The notes below the pieces were generated by a model, which was not told where the DNA came from, did no database searches, and saw only the letters and a program-made list of their open reading frames with translations. Both the position numbers and the translations under genes were made by a program. Shown piece after piece: positions 14,746 through 28,117 of a stretch of 64,000 bases of DNA. Location of the stretch: contig OZ037765.1 of NCBI GenBank assembly GCA_964035545.1, positions 5,156,698 to 5,220,697 of the forward strand, given 5' to 3'. Numbering within the stretch: the first letter of the stretch is position 1; every line of letters starts with the position of its first letter. The stretch is from Bugula neritina. Taxonomy: Eukaryota > Animalia > Bryozoa.

Positions 14746-17700
14746 ACATCACACCACATCACACCACATCACACCACATCACACCACATCACACCACATC
14801 ACACCACATCATACCAATGCACTCGCACTGATATATAAGATATATATTAATTTACTTTCTCTGTTATAGTGAGGCTGAGAATCAGTGGATAGTGGAGAAT
14901 CTTCTACCAACTAATGTTGAAGGAGATGCTTGGCTGGGTCTAGCTGAGCTGTTCACAGATAATAGCCTGAGGTGGACTGACGCTAGCCCTATTACTTACA
15001 AAAACCTCGTCTCACAGCCCAAAACTAACAGAGGCTCTATGGAGTGTGTGGCTATGTCTATTGGTGGGTGCCAACCCTGCAGTCTGCTTTCTCCTACCAG
15101 TTTATTAATTCGATAATTCAATAATAGAACTTGATTGACAATTGTAGTGTGACAATCACATAGTTGAATATTTATATACAGTGTTGAGGATATTTAGAGT
15201 AAGTTTGATAAACAGGTAATGTGCACCGTGAAATATCAAACATAATAATATGTTACCAACAAGTTATTTGGTTTGTTTTATTATTGAAATGAGGTCTTTA
15301 GTGTTGAGCAAGTTTACAATTTTCCTCTGCACTAATACTGCTAACGATTAAAGAATTTTTTAAAACTTTAGTGCTTTTTTATAAATAATACTTTTTCATG
15401 TATAATTAATATTTTATTTTACCGCTACAGCCAGCGGCAATGGAGCTTCAGGAAAGTGGACTACTGAGTACTGTTTCTCTAAGAGAGCTTTTATCTGCGA
15501 GATCGACGTGAATAAGAAGATCCAAGTAACCGTGGGAACTCCGGTTACAGACGGCAGTCTATGTCACTTCCCCTTCCAGTACAGAGGTCAGCTGCACAAC
15601 ACCTGCACCACGTACGGAGCTTCTTATCAGTGGTGTGCCACGACAGACCACTACGAGAGGGATAGGAAGTTTGCCATCTGTGGTATGTACCATGCTAAAT
15701 ACTCCATGCTATATTATATGGTTTAAACACGTGGCATACTTCATTATATCTAGATATTGGGAAGAGGTTTAAATAAATCTACACTCCTTATTCAACCAGA
15801 TTTTATTAGGGATTTGCTATTGTTTTTCTGCTACAACTATTTGGGCTACAATTTAACAGATGGGAAAATATTGTTGCAGATTGTGAAGATCATGCTTTTT
15901 TTCTGGAGCTAGCTTAGTTTGGTGTATTTTAGGGAAGATAATTTCCACTGTACCTGCAGTAGATATTTTATTTAGTGTCGTAAGTTTTCTGGGCAGAAAG
16001 CAAATTAATTTTTGAAAACAGTTTAATAATTTTTATTGTGCAATTGTGAGATGTAAAGGGATTTGCTTTACTCAATTTTCCTGCAATATTCTTCTAATAC
16101 CCTGACAACTCTCTGTTGCTATGGAGACAGGGTTGCTATGCGACACTGTTTCAGCCTTTACTATAATCAGATAAACACCTCTCTCCTGTGTTCACTAGAT
16201 CCGTACAGATGTGAACCTGGTTGGAGGAAACACGAGAGACTCTGCTACTATTTCTCCTCCAGCAGTGATAAGCGCTCCTGGACTGGCGCCGAAGCCCAGT
16301 GTGCTTCTATGGATGCAGATCTTGGCTTTATTGGCTCAGCCGAAGCAGAAAGCTTTATCGCAGGTCAGTATGTGATATCGATTACTTGTGGAAAATTTAA
16401 CTGGTGTCTTGTCCTGTATAGGAATATTATTTTTTATATTGCTCTCCGTACTACAGAATGGGTTATATTACACATACATGTTTGTTTACAAAATTGTTAT
16501 CTACCAGTAACTGATAGAACATAAATACTATAACAATGCCAATTGATGAGTAAACCAATTACTGTGGACTTTGTTGACCTATTTATGATGAAAGCATTTT
16601 AAAGTAAACTTTTATGGTTAATAGTTATAAAAGAGAACTTAATGCTAAAATCTTTGTTTCACATTATTTACAAGATTTTGTAAAGGATTTAATAAGCAAT
16701 GTTTACTCTTTACAGATAATATCAATGAGTATTACTGGATTGGTTTAAATGACATAAAATATGAAAATTTATTCCAATGGGACCATAGACCTAGAATGAT
16801 TGTGGTAAGTAATATTAAAGCTTGAAGAGAGATTAAAGACATGAGTAGTCCAGTATTAAGTGTCTAGTAGAATTACACTCTGCTGTAATAGGATGTCGAT
16901 GCTGCCGTGTATATGCTAATTATATCAACAGTTCATTAACTTGCTGCTTTTCGCTCACAATTACAGCAGCTAAAATATATTGATGTGTACGATTTCATGT
17001 GTCGTAGAGAAGAGGTTTCACCAACTGGGGAGTTGGTGAGCCGAGGAACATATCTGGACTAGAAGACTGTGCTCTGATTGTAAACGGCCCCCACTCTGAT
17101 AACCGACCCGGGGAGTGGGTTATGGAGAACTGCGTGGCTTCTAGGAGCTACATCTGTATGAAGGATGCAGGTTGGTTCTTTAGTCAGGAAGCATCCAGTA
17201 GTATTCTCTCTCTGTGACCAGAACTGAGAAGACATAAGCGGCACCATATAACTTTTCCCTTCCCTGGGATTCGAACCCGAGACCTCCAGCTTGCAAGCTG
17301 GCGCCCTAACCAAATCACCACAGGGGCTACTGGGTAATCTCAACCCTACTAGCACTAAAAGAGTGTCTGATCTTCCCTGTCACTAACTAACGTGATTGTA
17401 TGCAGATGTTGACCAAACGTGTAGCTATCTTTTTGTTTTTCTTCAATTGACAACAATGCTTTGGTTTTTCTTAATTTTTGATGGTCAAAATACAATGACA
17501 TCTTTTCTCTCTTTCAATCTTCTGACCATTAATATAGTTTTTATGAGGTGAACAAATGATAAATATACTGTGGTTATTATTATCAACATTGTTTTATACA
17601 GTGTACACCTTTGCACCAACCACCACCATGACTACTAAACTTACAACCCCTTTTCCCACTAAACCACCCACCACCAGCACATCCAAGAAACCAATGACAA

Positions 17701-19006
17701 CCCCTAACGTCACTGTGACTCTCTCCACCAAAAAGGGAGGCATCGTCGGTCAAACACAACAACAAGTCCAAGCGTCTGCTGCACCAAACGGTAAGAAGTC
17801 AGCTGGTCTGTGACCCCTCTCCTTTTCTTCTCTCTCACTAGTTCCTATTTCCCCCTTCCCTCTTTCCTCTCTTCTTTCTCTCCCGTGTTTAAATGTCAGC
17901 TGACAGTACAAATCGCCATCACTACTCAGTCATTAATCTAATTAAATCTCCTCTTTCAACGGCCTCCTTTAAGCTGAATATATTCAATTATCAAATGAGT
18001 ATTGGCCTAACTTATATATTTCCATGCAATAATGCCATCAGCCGCTGAGTGGAAAAATATATTATTCACTTATATAATAATATCAGTTAATGCTTAGGAG
18101 TTATTTAAATAATTGGTTAGAATATTCAACTAATATCATTATTCTACAAAGTGGCATTGAATAATGTAATTTATTTACTTTGAAACTAATCATATTAGAT
18201 TTGTCAGGCGTGTACACATTCATCTGATGATGATCTAATTTGTGTCAATCAGAGATGGCTAAGTCTAACTCACAGTTTGTTTAATACTGTCAAGTACCTG
18301 CAGCTACAAACAGTCTGTGTGACACTTTGTTTGTAATACATATACACACTGCATACCTCACAGCTAGATGTTGTTTTCTCTTGCTCATGTTTACATCGAT
18401 TTCTCCTAATTTCTCATATACTTATTGTATTAGGAATAAATAAAGCAGTTTAGAGAGCTGTTGATGGATTTAAGTGAATTATCAATGTTTTTTGTAACGT
18501 TATCAGTATTACTTTTGTATAAATAATATAATATTCAATATTTGGGTCAAGGAAAGTTTTCATTTCTTAAGTAGAGAAGTAAAATTCTACATCTTTTTCT
18601 GAAAGTTCAATTTATAAGTTAGTTTAATTTGACCAATGAATGATAACTTGGTGTCATTTTATTGTATATTGTTTATTTTTATTGTATATAAGGCGTGTTT
18701 ACTAATTCAACGTCACCTGCATTATGACACCTACATTACTTAAGTGTGTTTTGTTTTTGTTTTTTTATCTACTTTTTGTATCATATTGCAGATATAAATA
18801 AGCTCAGGACAGGGGAAATTACAGCAATAGTGTTGGCTTGTCTGGCGCTGGTAGTGGCTGGTGTCTTCATTTTCTTGTATGTACGGAAAGTGAAGCAGCC
18901 TGAAGATAGTTTCGGTAAAGGTTTAGGCTTTGAGAATGCATCATACAGCAGGTCCAGTGATTCTGTTCACGTGGGTTTAGAAAACCCTAATTTCTCAGCA
19001 GACTAA
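277..19006 (+). CDS. Macrophage mannose receptor-like multi-C-type-lectin transmembrane receptor (5'-incomplete, multi-exon)
   Basis: GT-AG-flanked exons join into F5/8C x3, WSC, CTLD x8, FN2, CTLD, a Thr-rich stalk, a TM segment (ITAIVLACLALVVAGVFIFLYV) and a cytoplasmic tail ending at TAA 19004-19006. First visible acceptor is ttttag|G at 277; no start codon or signal peptide in the window. Confidence 0.92.
3173..3620 (+). other. WSC domain exons
   Basis: VGCFTE...SPSKCAANCFKQGFMYAGLSRSTCKCGN...RCNFKCRGDDNFFCGG...VSIYET matches the WSC cysteine pattern. Confidence 0.85.
12177..12415. mobile_element. hAT (Charlie-type) MITE in lectin intron
   Basis: Imperfect TIRs aaggagtgggcaac / gttgcccactgctg; near-perfect 8-bp TSD gtctagaa/gtctagag (NTCTAGAN target); internal gggcca motifs. 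Confidence 0.7.
14613..14810 (+). repeat. Compound microsatellite (CA)n followed by (CACCACATCA)n
   Basis: Directly visible; intronic. Confidence 0.97.
15520..15682 (+). other. Fibronectin type II domain
   Basis: CHFPFQYRGQLHNTCTTYGASYQWCATTDHYERDRKFAIC is the canonical FN2 pattern. Confidence 0.9.
16199..17170 (+). other. C-type lectin domain 9
   Basis: CEPGWRKHERLCYYF / YWIGLND / NWGVGEPRNISGLEDC...SYICMK across three exons. Confidence 0.85.
17250..17336 (-). mobile_element. tRNA-derived SINE head (intronic)
   Basis: Minus strand cccagtagcccctgTGGTGATTTGGttag...GGTTCGAATCCcaggga has A and B boxes; homologous to the copy at 27831. Confidence 0.6.
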
Positions 19007-20014
19007 ATAATTGTAACTTTAATTACTAGAAATTTTGTATATTTTATCTTTAATAATTTGAAATTGGCATTTTATAGAATAAGCAAATTGTATTTCTTAG
19101 TTTGATTGCATTTATAGCCTAATATCGGGTTATATAATATTTATAACGTAATATTTTTACAAATTGAAACTTTTCAAGTTTTTATTATATTTCCATGTAT
19201 ACTTAAGTAATTTGTATTTTTTTTAAAATACATCGAAAATATCTTATATATGTCTATTATTTTATTACTATGAATTCAAGAAATATAAGAGTAAGGATAC
19301 AGCATCTTTGTACAAAATAGAGAATGGCTTTTAAATATTTTCTATGGCCCCTTGAAGTTCGCTGCTATAGTCAGTTGTTGATTTAAAACAGCATAAAAAT
19401 AAATTTTTTAAATATATATCATAATTATATATGGTGCTCAACTGAGAAAAAAACTTATTTACAAACATTAAATGTTGGAGGAAAATAAAAGAATTACTAA
19501 AATTTGCATAGCAATAATATCTACAGTGTTATTTGTCAACATCAGCAGTGTAGCTCTTCCACCGCATGGCAGAAATAAGAGGTGGAGCTTGAAATGGATT
19601 TGTTTCCTTATATTCTTCAATGGTTGTTCACTATGAAGTTTTAAGGAATTATTTCATCTGTAACAGAACAATAATTTGTTCAGATATGATGCCCAATTAT
19701 AACAAAATATTATATGGTGGTTTTCATAGACTAACTGTTTACATTTGTATGTAATTTCAGCATTATGCAATGAATTGATATTGTATACAAGAACATTATA
19801 TGGCTTCTTATTACATCCACTTACTTTTGGGGCTTAGTAATTCTTATAAATATCTAATAATGTAATTGCTAAAACTTAGTATTTAAAGATCTAACAGTCA
19901 TGGCTTCTTTTAGAATAATCAAGTTAATTACGTTATTGATTTCTCTATCAGAACCGCATGACAATGTTGTTTTTACAATGAAGTTAAGTTAGAAGAGAAT
20001 TCTTTGCACGCTTT

Positions 20015-23000
20015 TCAGGAAAAGTTAAGAAATGACATTGAAAAAACACCTGAACTATTGTCCCTATTTTCTGCAGCAGATGAAGGAGGATTAGAGGAAA
20101 CATTCTCAAGTTCTGAAGAATTTCTCCTTCGTCTTTTCACAGTAACTGTGCTGTCATCATTTCTATCCCCTGAAACATCAGCATACCTGTACAGTATTGT
20201 GAAGTTGAATCAAGTAATAATAATACAATATCAGTGGTCATGTATTCAGAAGATAAATTAAACTAACAAATTAGAACTAATAGTAGTATTTATACCTGCT
20301 TGGAGAGGTTCTTGCTCCCTCAATCTTTTAGGAGGTATGACTCTATTTGTGTCAGCCAAGTTGGTGCTGGATGGTTGCATCCCTGTCTGATAAATTCGGA
20401 AGAGATCTGCTAAATTTGGAAATGAGGGACGCTGGTTGTTGAAATCTGTAAAGATGAGGTAGCTTTATAACACTTACTCCTAAACTATTAATTAATACAA
20501 AGAAAGCTTTAATGCTGTAGCTTCAATTACTGCAGATCAAAGCAAATTACATTTCTATTAAGCAAATGACAACTAGAAGCCCATCTGTTCACAATAAGTG
20601 TACATTTGACTATTACTCTAATTAATCAGTGTTCTGCTTTCTTTGCAGAAGAAAATTGAATGAATAGTGACATTAAAGTGTAGGTACTACATATATTTTA
20701 AAAACTTTGAAAAGGAACTCTGCTGTAAGTTTTAATTTTGATAGCTAAATTATGTAATAGGTATAAGTAAAGTTTATCAATTTTGTAACAGTAATAGTAA
20801 TACATATTATAGCACTTACTCATATTCAGAGGGAAGTTGGTATTTCTGGTATTTAATGGTGTGGTAAGTTGGGGGAAAACTGTAGGAAGCATTGTACCAC
20901 CAGGAACAAGTCCAGTGCCATACATTGCAGGTGTAGTTAGTATAGAATTCATGTGCTGTTGTTGTAGTGTTTGATAAATATTAGCGGCCATTGGGGGCAT
21001 AACTCCATACCTGTTTGTGAGACCTGCAAATATAGAATGCTAATGACATAGTCATATGTTTTCACTCAAATCAATACTGAACAATGGTGTAACCTAAGCA
21101 AAGAATTATAGAGACTTCTGCATTTATTACCTGGTTTTAACAACTATATAGATTAATCATGAAAATAACAGACCCAGAGAGAATGGCAGGCTTGGGTACA
21201 GCTGACCTTCTGCTCTTCTACCATCTCTTTTGTTCCCATTAATGGCTGCTTGAAGCTCAGAGTCAGTAGAAAACTTATGCTTCTCTTTTTCAAATGCATA
21301 CAGGTACTTGGTGTATCTAAATAACAATCATCAACAGTTTAAATTTATTTGTTTAAACTATTACACAATGAGTTATGTAATAATTATATATCTGGAGACA
21401 TTAAACTAATATTATATGCACTAATTCCATGATCGCCCTTTGTTGAGGGTTAAGGTTGGTGAAAATTATAGTTATTTTAATAAAGAGAAACAGTCAGTTT
21501 CCAGCTGTTATAAAATAGTAAAATACTACATTGTTTTAAATTTATAACCTCTGCATCCTAAGTGCTTTTGAACATCATTTGAACATATTTAAAATTGTAT
21601 TTTAAGAATTGAGTAGCAGAATACGTACTGTGATCGAAGGGTAAAAGCAGCGCTGGTTATAGAAGGCGGAAGGTCCAGCCCTCTGGCTATTTCTCTCCAT
21701 AACTTTTTATTTATCACTTCAACAACTCCCTTCTTTGCTACCACAAGCTTATACAGCTTATACATGTCTAGAATCTTCTTAGCCATTATAGGTACCCTGT
21801 TCATTGGAGTCCCTGAATTTAAATAACAGAATAACTACAATATTTGTCAACATTTATTTACAATTGCACAAATATTTGACTAATTTTATTGTTCTAAAAC
21901 TACAACTACAACTATAATTTAAAGATATAATACGATAGTTTTTCTTTTCAACCATATCATTATAGCTGCAACCTTTTGCAGCAAGCCCTTGCTAGCTGCT
22001 AATGATATTTCTTTGTACCAGGGCAAATAGAAAGGAGTTTCACTAATAAATTAGTAACATGTGTGCAGAAGATTGACTAGAAGCAAATTAAATTAAATGC
22101 TTATCAATTATGATTACCTAATTTTGTACTGTATAAATATATGATTACGTATTATTAGCTACATTGCATTTACAGTGCGTTATGTTAATTGATGCTACAA
22201 ACAGCTGCTTTTTAACACATAATATTATTAAAATACTATTACATCCTCTGGCATTTGATATAATTCATCAAATATTAGAGTTGCTATGAGAGTTGGTTAT
22301 CAGATTATATCTAATAATAACCCAGTAGACAGCTCACTCTATGTAAAAACTACACCTTCCTTTATTTTAGAAAGTTGAACACTTTGTATCTACAGTTTAT
22401 TAATACTGGAAAACTAGGGTTATATTTGGTTTCAAGATTGCTGAGTTATGTAATTCAATATACTAATTTACAAGTAGCTACATTCTATCATAGTACTGGT
22501 ATATGACTACTAAATTATACTACTGTATATACCTACTTCTAACGATCAAACTAATCACAAAACATTTCCGCCTCTCGAAAGCTAAATTATTTTGCAAAAG
22601 GTAATATTCCATATAGAGAAACCTATTATTTTAGCTACTTTGACCTGTGCTATTTTTGAGCACAAGGAATTAAAAGCTCAACATTTATAGCAATTAGAAA
22701 AGTATTCCGTCCCAAAATAATGATAAGACTAATAGATTACCTTGTTTATTCAGGAACTCGAATAACTCATCTAAAAAAGACCTTCTGTCTGATTCGTCAC
22801 CCAACTCATACAGCTGTAAGAACAAGATAATTTATAAACTGACTCATACAGCTACAGGAAAAAAATATTTTATCAATTTTTGTTTAACAAATTTTTAGGT
22901 TGAAGATACTAAAAAAATTGTTCGTTTAATGCTAATTTTTCCTTAAAATTTGCAACCAATTTACTATAAACACAATTTATATTAACAAAATACCTAAATA

Positions 23001-24048
23001 TATTTAGTAATTTACTTTAAGTTTAATTAAACTTATTTGAGAGAAATGTTTCCAATTGTTGCAAACAGCTGAAATTTAGATTTAAGACATAATATGTCTT
23101 AAATCTAATTATCTAATATTATTGAGTTACAGCACGCAGGTTAAAGATAAAGCCCAGAACATAGTACTGTATACCAACCTGTTTGAACTGCTCTTGAAAC
23201 GACCACTGGTTTTGCATTTCAACATTATCTCTGTCAGCTGTGCTGTCTGGTACAGTGAGTTGTCTCCCATGGTCATTCTCAGGTAATAGCAGAGACCTAC
23301 TTCCGTTGTGATTGTTATTTCTATTGTTTATAGCAGACATCCAAGAGGAATTTGGTATTGACGGCCATCCTGACTGGTCAATAAAGCCACGATACTGTAA
23401 CTGTTGTAGAACATTTGCATTGGAATCAGCTTCATTAATTCCAGTCCCCGAAAGAGGAGTAAGTCTTTGGGACATCTCTGTTGAAAATAATCCCGGGAAG
23501 TGAGTGAAAGTTGGTGAGGTTGGTGGTGTCGTGACAGAGTTTGAAGTTGAAGGTCTGTTTAACAGCTAAAAGCAACATACAATACTCTTTGTAATATGTT
23601 AACAACCAGTGCAGTTATCTATCAAAGTCATTATTATTGTTTGTATATTTAAAGTTTGCTATTGTATGGTGAAAATAAAATTTTTATTCCATTATTTCAT
23701 TAATAATCATACTTAACTTAGTTTAGCTAAGTTGGCTGCAAATATTTTATCAAAGGCAATTATTGCTAAGATATTAAACTAAAATATTTAAATTCAACAT
23801 TCATAGCCACCAGCTTTTCTTAATTTAAAACTAAAAAATAAGACCTGAAAAAATTCACAAATTTTAGTAGCCATAGTCCTACTACTAGTATAAGTATTCC
23901 AAGATAATGTAAAATTATACAACTTATGAAATATATTATTGTAATTATGAACGTTACTTTCCTCAAATTAATAAACTAATATGAGTATAATCATAACGTA
24001 ATAATGTTCATACTCCCTTACCTGATTTACTTGGAAGCCAGATGTCAT
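20015..24048 (-). CDS. ARID3: ARID3/Dead ringer-like transcription factor, copy A
   Basis: Exons 24048-24022 (MTSGFQVNQ), 23565-23179, 22813-22741 (LYELGDESDRRSFLDELFEFL), 21812-21629 (GTPMNRVPIMAKKILDMYKLY...PPSITSAAFTLRSQ), 21316-~21174 (YTKYLYAFE...ELQAAINGNKRDGRR, the ARID3 extended ARID), 21023-20820, 20445-20296 and ~20169-20015 (KRRRR NLS). Phases are consistent; the last exon(s) are uncertain. Confidence 0.88.
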
Positions 24049-24138
24049 GTTTGCTACTAACGAGTTACGAGTTACAGGCTAAGTTGGTAAATTAACTTCT
24101 TGTCAGCGTCTGTTAGAGTTGGCGCTAGATCCTGCAGC

Positions 24139-24218
24139 TTTTATAGCACAGAATTCAATTATATGTTTCATTACGGTCATAGCCAATCAGCTTGATTGTT
24201 TAGTTATTAATAGCCAAT
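24139..24218 (-). promoter_or_regulatory. Core promoter of ARID copy A: TATA box plus two CCAAT boxes
   Basis: TATAAAA on the minus strand at 24139-24145, ~90 bp upstream of the ATG; AGCCAATCAG and AGCCAATAGG (CCAAT at 24183 and 24214, 31 bp apart). Confidence 0.65.
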
Positions 24219-27200
24219 AGGAAGGTTGGATCTTTTTTCACTTTGAACTCTGTAATTACTGTATGAGCATGTTTGTTGAGATTTGCACAACTTGTTTAAA
24301 TAATTCTGGTTTCAATGAACTTTAATGTTATGTATTTGGCGGTGAAGCCTGGGTGTCCAACCTGTATAAAGCAAATAGACACTTGAAAGATATATTCCGG
24401 CCACTCCATAAACTTAAGCTTGAGCCAGGGGCTATGTAAGGCATCAGTATTTTTTCAGTAAAGTCTCAATAGTTACTACAGGTTGCAAGTTTTGTAGCAT
24501 GTATATAAAGCATACATTTTAATTGAAATATACAAGCAAAATAATTTTAGCTTTATGCCTTTGAGAGCCACATAAATGTAGGCTGCTGCTGGAAAGCCTT
24601 TCGATAAACCATTATATAACAATATACAAAATTTATCAATGCTTACTTTTGCTGCACGTTATATTAATTGTAGTGAAAATGTGTTACCGATAATAACTAA
24701 TGTATGTAAACTATTACAATATGGTATTAGTATAGTATTATATATTATATTTCTTATATATTTCTATCATATTTTATTACATTATATGACATATTAAAAA
24801 TATAATATTTTTATTTCTTTTTCACTCTAGAGTTCAATTTGGCTACGTTTATAAAAACTTATAATGATATTTGCAAACAAAATCATGAAAATAGCATCTT
24901 ATATTGCATGACATTTAATGTCTTGCCAAATCAGTTATAAGTCTGATTAATTAAACTCCTGGCCTGCTGCCAACATATATAAGCAGTACTGATACCCAAT
25001 GAAACGTAGCAGACAGCTGAGTATTTTAGATAATAAACTGTTAACTAGCCGAATTTAAATTGCAAGTAAAACCCAAAGCTGGTTAGATTGTATTACAAAG
25101 TCAAATATAGCTACACTGCCGTTGAGATGGTTTAAGTATTTTGAAGCATTTTTGAAAAACATGCCACGTTCATACAAGCACATCATAAGGTATTAAAGAT
25201 ATCCAGCCTCCTAATTAAAGTCATAAGTTCTGGTCATATATAGATTTAATGAGACATTTTAATAATCTTTCAAATGCAGCTTTATAATTAAATTCAACTA
25301 ATTCTGATGCACTCACCCATTGTCTAAAGTTGTTACAAATAACTTTCTGTACATTTAATTATATGCTTTGAAGTAACTTAAAGGTGTCAAGATTTGAAAT
25401 AGCTGAAGTTATAATAAGCTAACTCCTACAAGCTGAGTAATTATATGCCTTATTATATGATAATGAAAATAGAAATGAGTACTGACAAATGTAATGTCAA
25501 AGAAAATTAACTGGAATAAATGTTATAAGGACAATATCCCCCAATCTTCTAAGTTTGTTTTAGTTAAACTAGTAAACATTTAGCCATCTTTCTGGCAATT
25601 TGCAATTTCGAATAGAGCAGCTATTTTTAGCCATAGCGATGCACTTCCAACTTTTTCTATTCTAAAAGTTGTAATGATAAGATCATTTATATGTAACAGC
25701 TTGAAGTACTGAATTCAATTCTTAAAACTTGCGCTGCTTTCAGAAATTTGGAGTCTTTCTAAGGTTTCGCAAAGTTTTGCTTAGTATTAAAGCTACCATT
25801 AACACCTCTTTTATATCCTAAGCTGCTCTGATTCTTGCTAATAATATGTATTATTCTAAAACTTGGAGGGAATAAACAAAGAATCCAGTGACTTGATAGA
25901 CGACATTAACTGCTCTTTATTACGTATCCTTTGTAGTTCTATAAACACGCTGTCTCTCCTTTTCACAGTACACCAGTTAATCTGAGTTATAAATAAAGTT
26001 AGTATAAAAGTTTGTCAACTTCCAAAACAAATACTCCATTTATTTACAGAACCAACAGAATGGAGGGATGAGTCTAATATTATGTAAACAGGTGTCAATA
26101 TACATAACCCACAGAATTATGTCTTTTAATTTCTATTTAATTCAAATAATACATACTTAGAAGGTATCATGGCATTAGAAGGGTAAATATGGACAGATTA
26201 CATATAGATTTCACCAGTCAAATAATATTTAAAGTTCTATGGAAAGTTATTCTATAACCTTATACTGAACAACTGCCTGCGCTTTTCTTTTAATTTACCA
26301 CAGAGCTATTGGATACTTTACCCTGAAAAGCACTAAAAGTACACCACTTATTTCCAGCATTTAGCTTAAGGTCAAAATCATTTGGCTTTTTATAATTACA
26401 TCTATTAATGCAATTAAGAAGCTTACAATTGATTGGAGGCATTCAAATTCCTAAGCAAGTTGCGGTCAAATTATTTTGCTTAATTCTGGTAGCAAAACGG
26501 GAAACTTGTCCTTAAGGATTTGAATAAAATCTAACACTCATTTTATAAATCTTGCACCGTTTAGTAAATTCAAGCCGGAAGTGTGAATTAGCAAAAAACT
26601 ACCTTTGCTGTTTTGTTATCGAACTAGTATATTTATAGTCACTGTGAGAGGCCTATTTAGATTTAATTACAGTAAGTGGAACTTTGATCCCGTCACTTGA
26701 CTTGAGTTTTTCAAATAGAAAATATCAAGAAATTATTTGGAAAAGCTCTGAAAATAGTAAATGCAAGAAAAAAGTCGCTTTCACCATTATATTATATCAT
26801 GTTACTTCATATCATATTATATAATATTTTGAGGCTGATTGGTCTATGTTTATTATTAATGATTTACAAAAGTTTCAGAAATATCACTTATATTCTATTA
26901 GTGCCCTAATAAATAAATAGTTGTTAATTTTTATGAGATAAAAACAAGTTTATTTACTAGGATTGCAGCAAGAGAGAACAACTACAAATGTCTGTTCAAG
27001 AAAATGTAGTATAATAGCCTTCGAATTTAAGTTTAAATATTAACGCTTTCTGTGAAAAATTTAGTTGTTAAAAAGAGTTTAGCAGTATCAGTTTTTCTAG
27101 CTGACCAATTAGTGATGAAAGATGATGAGGGACTGTGAGAAAAAAAGCCTGTAAATCATATTTAGGCTGCATTTAGGGGTGGTAGGTGGTTGACTTAAAG

Positions 27201-27624
27201 TATCTGTTTGTGGAACTTTGGCTGTACACTTTGTGAAACTATAGAAAACCAACCACTGCAGTTATAACAAAGGCACGGAAACAACGGCAGGCATGCAGGG
27301 TTTGTAGAGTATAAATAGGCTGGTATGATAAATTATTATGCTCTTTCAAAAGATTTCTCCAAGCATATTAATGAAAATAAACTTAATGGTTAGATGATGA
27401 ATTTAAATAGTAAATTATTTGGTAAATCACATGTTTATAAACTACTCCCCACTGCCATCTGTTGTTTGATCTCAAAAGGGGAATGTATTACCGCTTAGTG
27501 CGGTGCCATAAATATGGGTATAAATATGAATAATTCTACTTTTACCGTTTGATTGAAGCTAGAGTAATTATGGGGAATGTTACAAGATTGTTAAAAGAAT
27601 TTCCATTAAGATAAGGGATGTGTG

Positions 27625-27765
27625 TCGTGTTGAGGGTCTAGGGGTTAGAGTGTTTGCCTAGGTAATGTGAAGTCATGGGTTCGAGCCCTGACAATGGCCA
27701 TTGGTGGTGTTACGAAGAGCATCCAGTCATAATTGTTCCTGTGCCTCACATGAATAAGTCCTCAG
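27625..27765 (+). mobile_element. tRNA-derived SINE (family 2)
   Basis: B box GGTTCGAGCCC followed by tggtgttacgaagagcatccagtcataattg; a diverged inverted copy lies at ~51150-51280. Confidence 0.6.
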
Positions 27766-27830
27766 CCCAATTTCACAAAGACCTGTTCTATCAGGGTTTG
27801 TTCACATGGATGATTGTAGAGATGACTTTA

Positions 27831-28117
27831 CCCAGTGGCTCCATGGTGTAATGGTTAGCACAGTTGCTCGCAAGACAGAGGTCTCGGGTTCGAATCCCAG
27901 TGGGGGCAAGTATTTTTTAAGCTATTTTAGCCTCGTCTTGTGGATGTACTCTCAGAGAGTTGAGTGGTGAGTGAAGCCCATAAACTGACAGAGTATGTAG
28001 GGGGCCAGTGCAGTTCTGGAGAGAACTGGGCAGGATGTTGTTTGGAATCTCGAAGCTTAATTGGTTAGCCACCTAGGTCTGTGGTGCGAAACCCTGGTAG
28101 GGGCAATTATTTTACAC
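27831..28117 (+). mobile_element. tRNA-derived SINE (family 1), two head-like units
   Basis: GGCTCCATGGTGTAATGGTTAGCAC...GGTTCGAATCCCAGTGGGGGC, with a second degenerate head at ~28055-28117 ending ggggcaattattttacac, a tail shared with the copy at 49225-49292. Confidence 0.6.

Larger units (their letters stand above)
3901..15507 (+). other. Exons encoding C-type lectin domains 1-8
   Basis: Each repeat has an N-terminal Cys pair, a WIGL/WLGL-type motif and terminal Cys residues. EPN+WND motifs are present in CTLD1, 3, 4, 5 and 7. Confidence 0.88.

Noticed and set aside
14381-14869. His/Thr-rich and Cys/Val-rich ORFs
   Set aside because: Translations of an intronic microsatellite.
17256-17330. 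tRNA-Ala(TGC)-like gene on the minus strand
   Set aside because: 6-nt anticodon loop and poor acceptor and T stems; same family as the SINE copies.
19181-19490. Overlapping 3'UTRs of the convergent lectin and ARID A genes
   Set aside because: AATAAA hexamers on both strands are expected by chance at this AT content; needs 3'-end data.
27837-27908. Functional tRNA gene (5' end resembles tRNA-Gln)
   Set aside because: The anticodon stem does not pair, and several diverged copies with shared flanks exist; treated as a SINE head. tRNAscan-SE would settle it.
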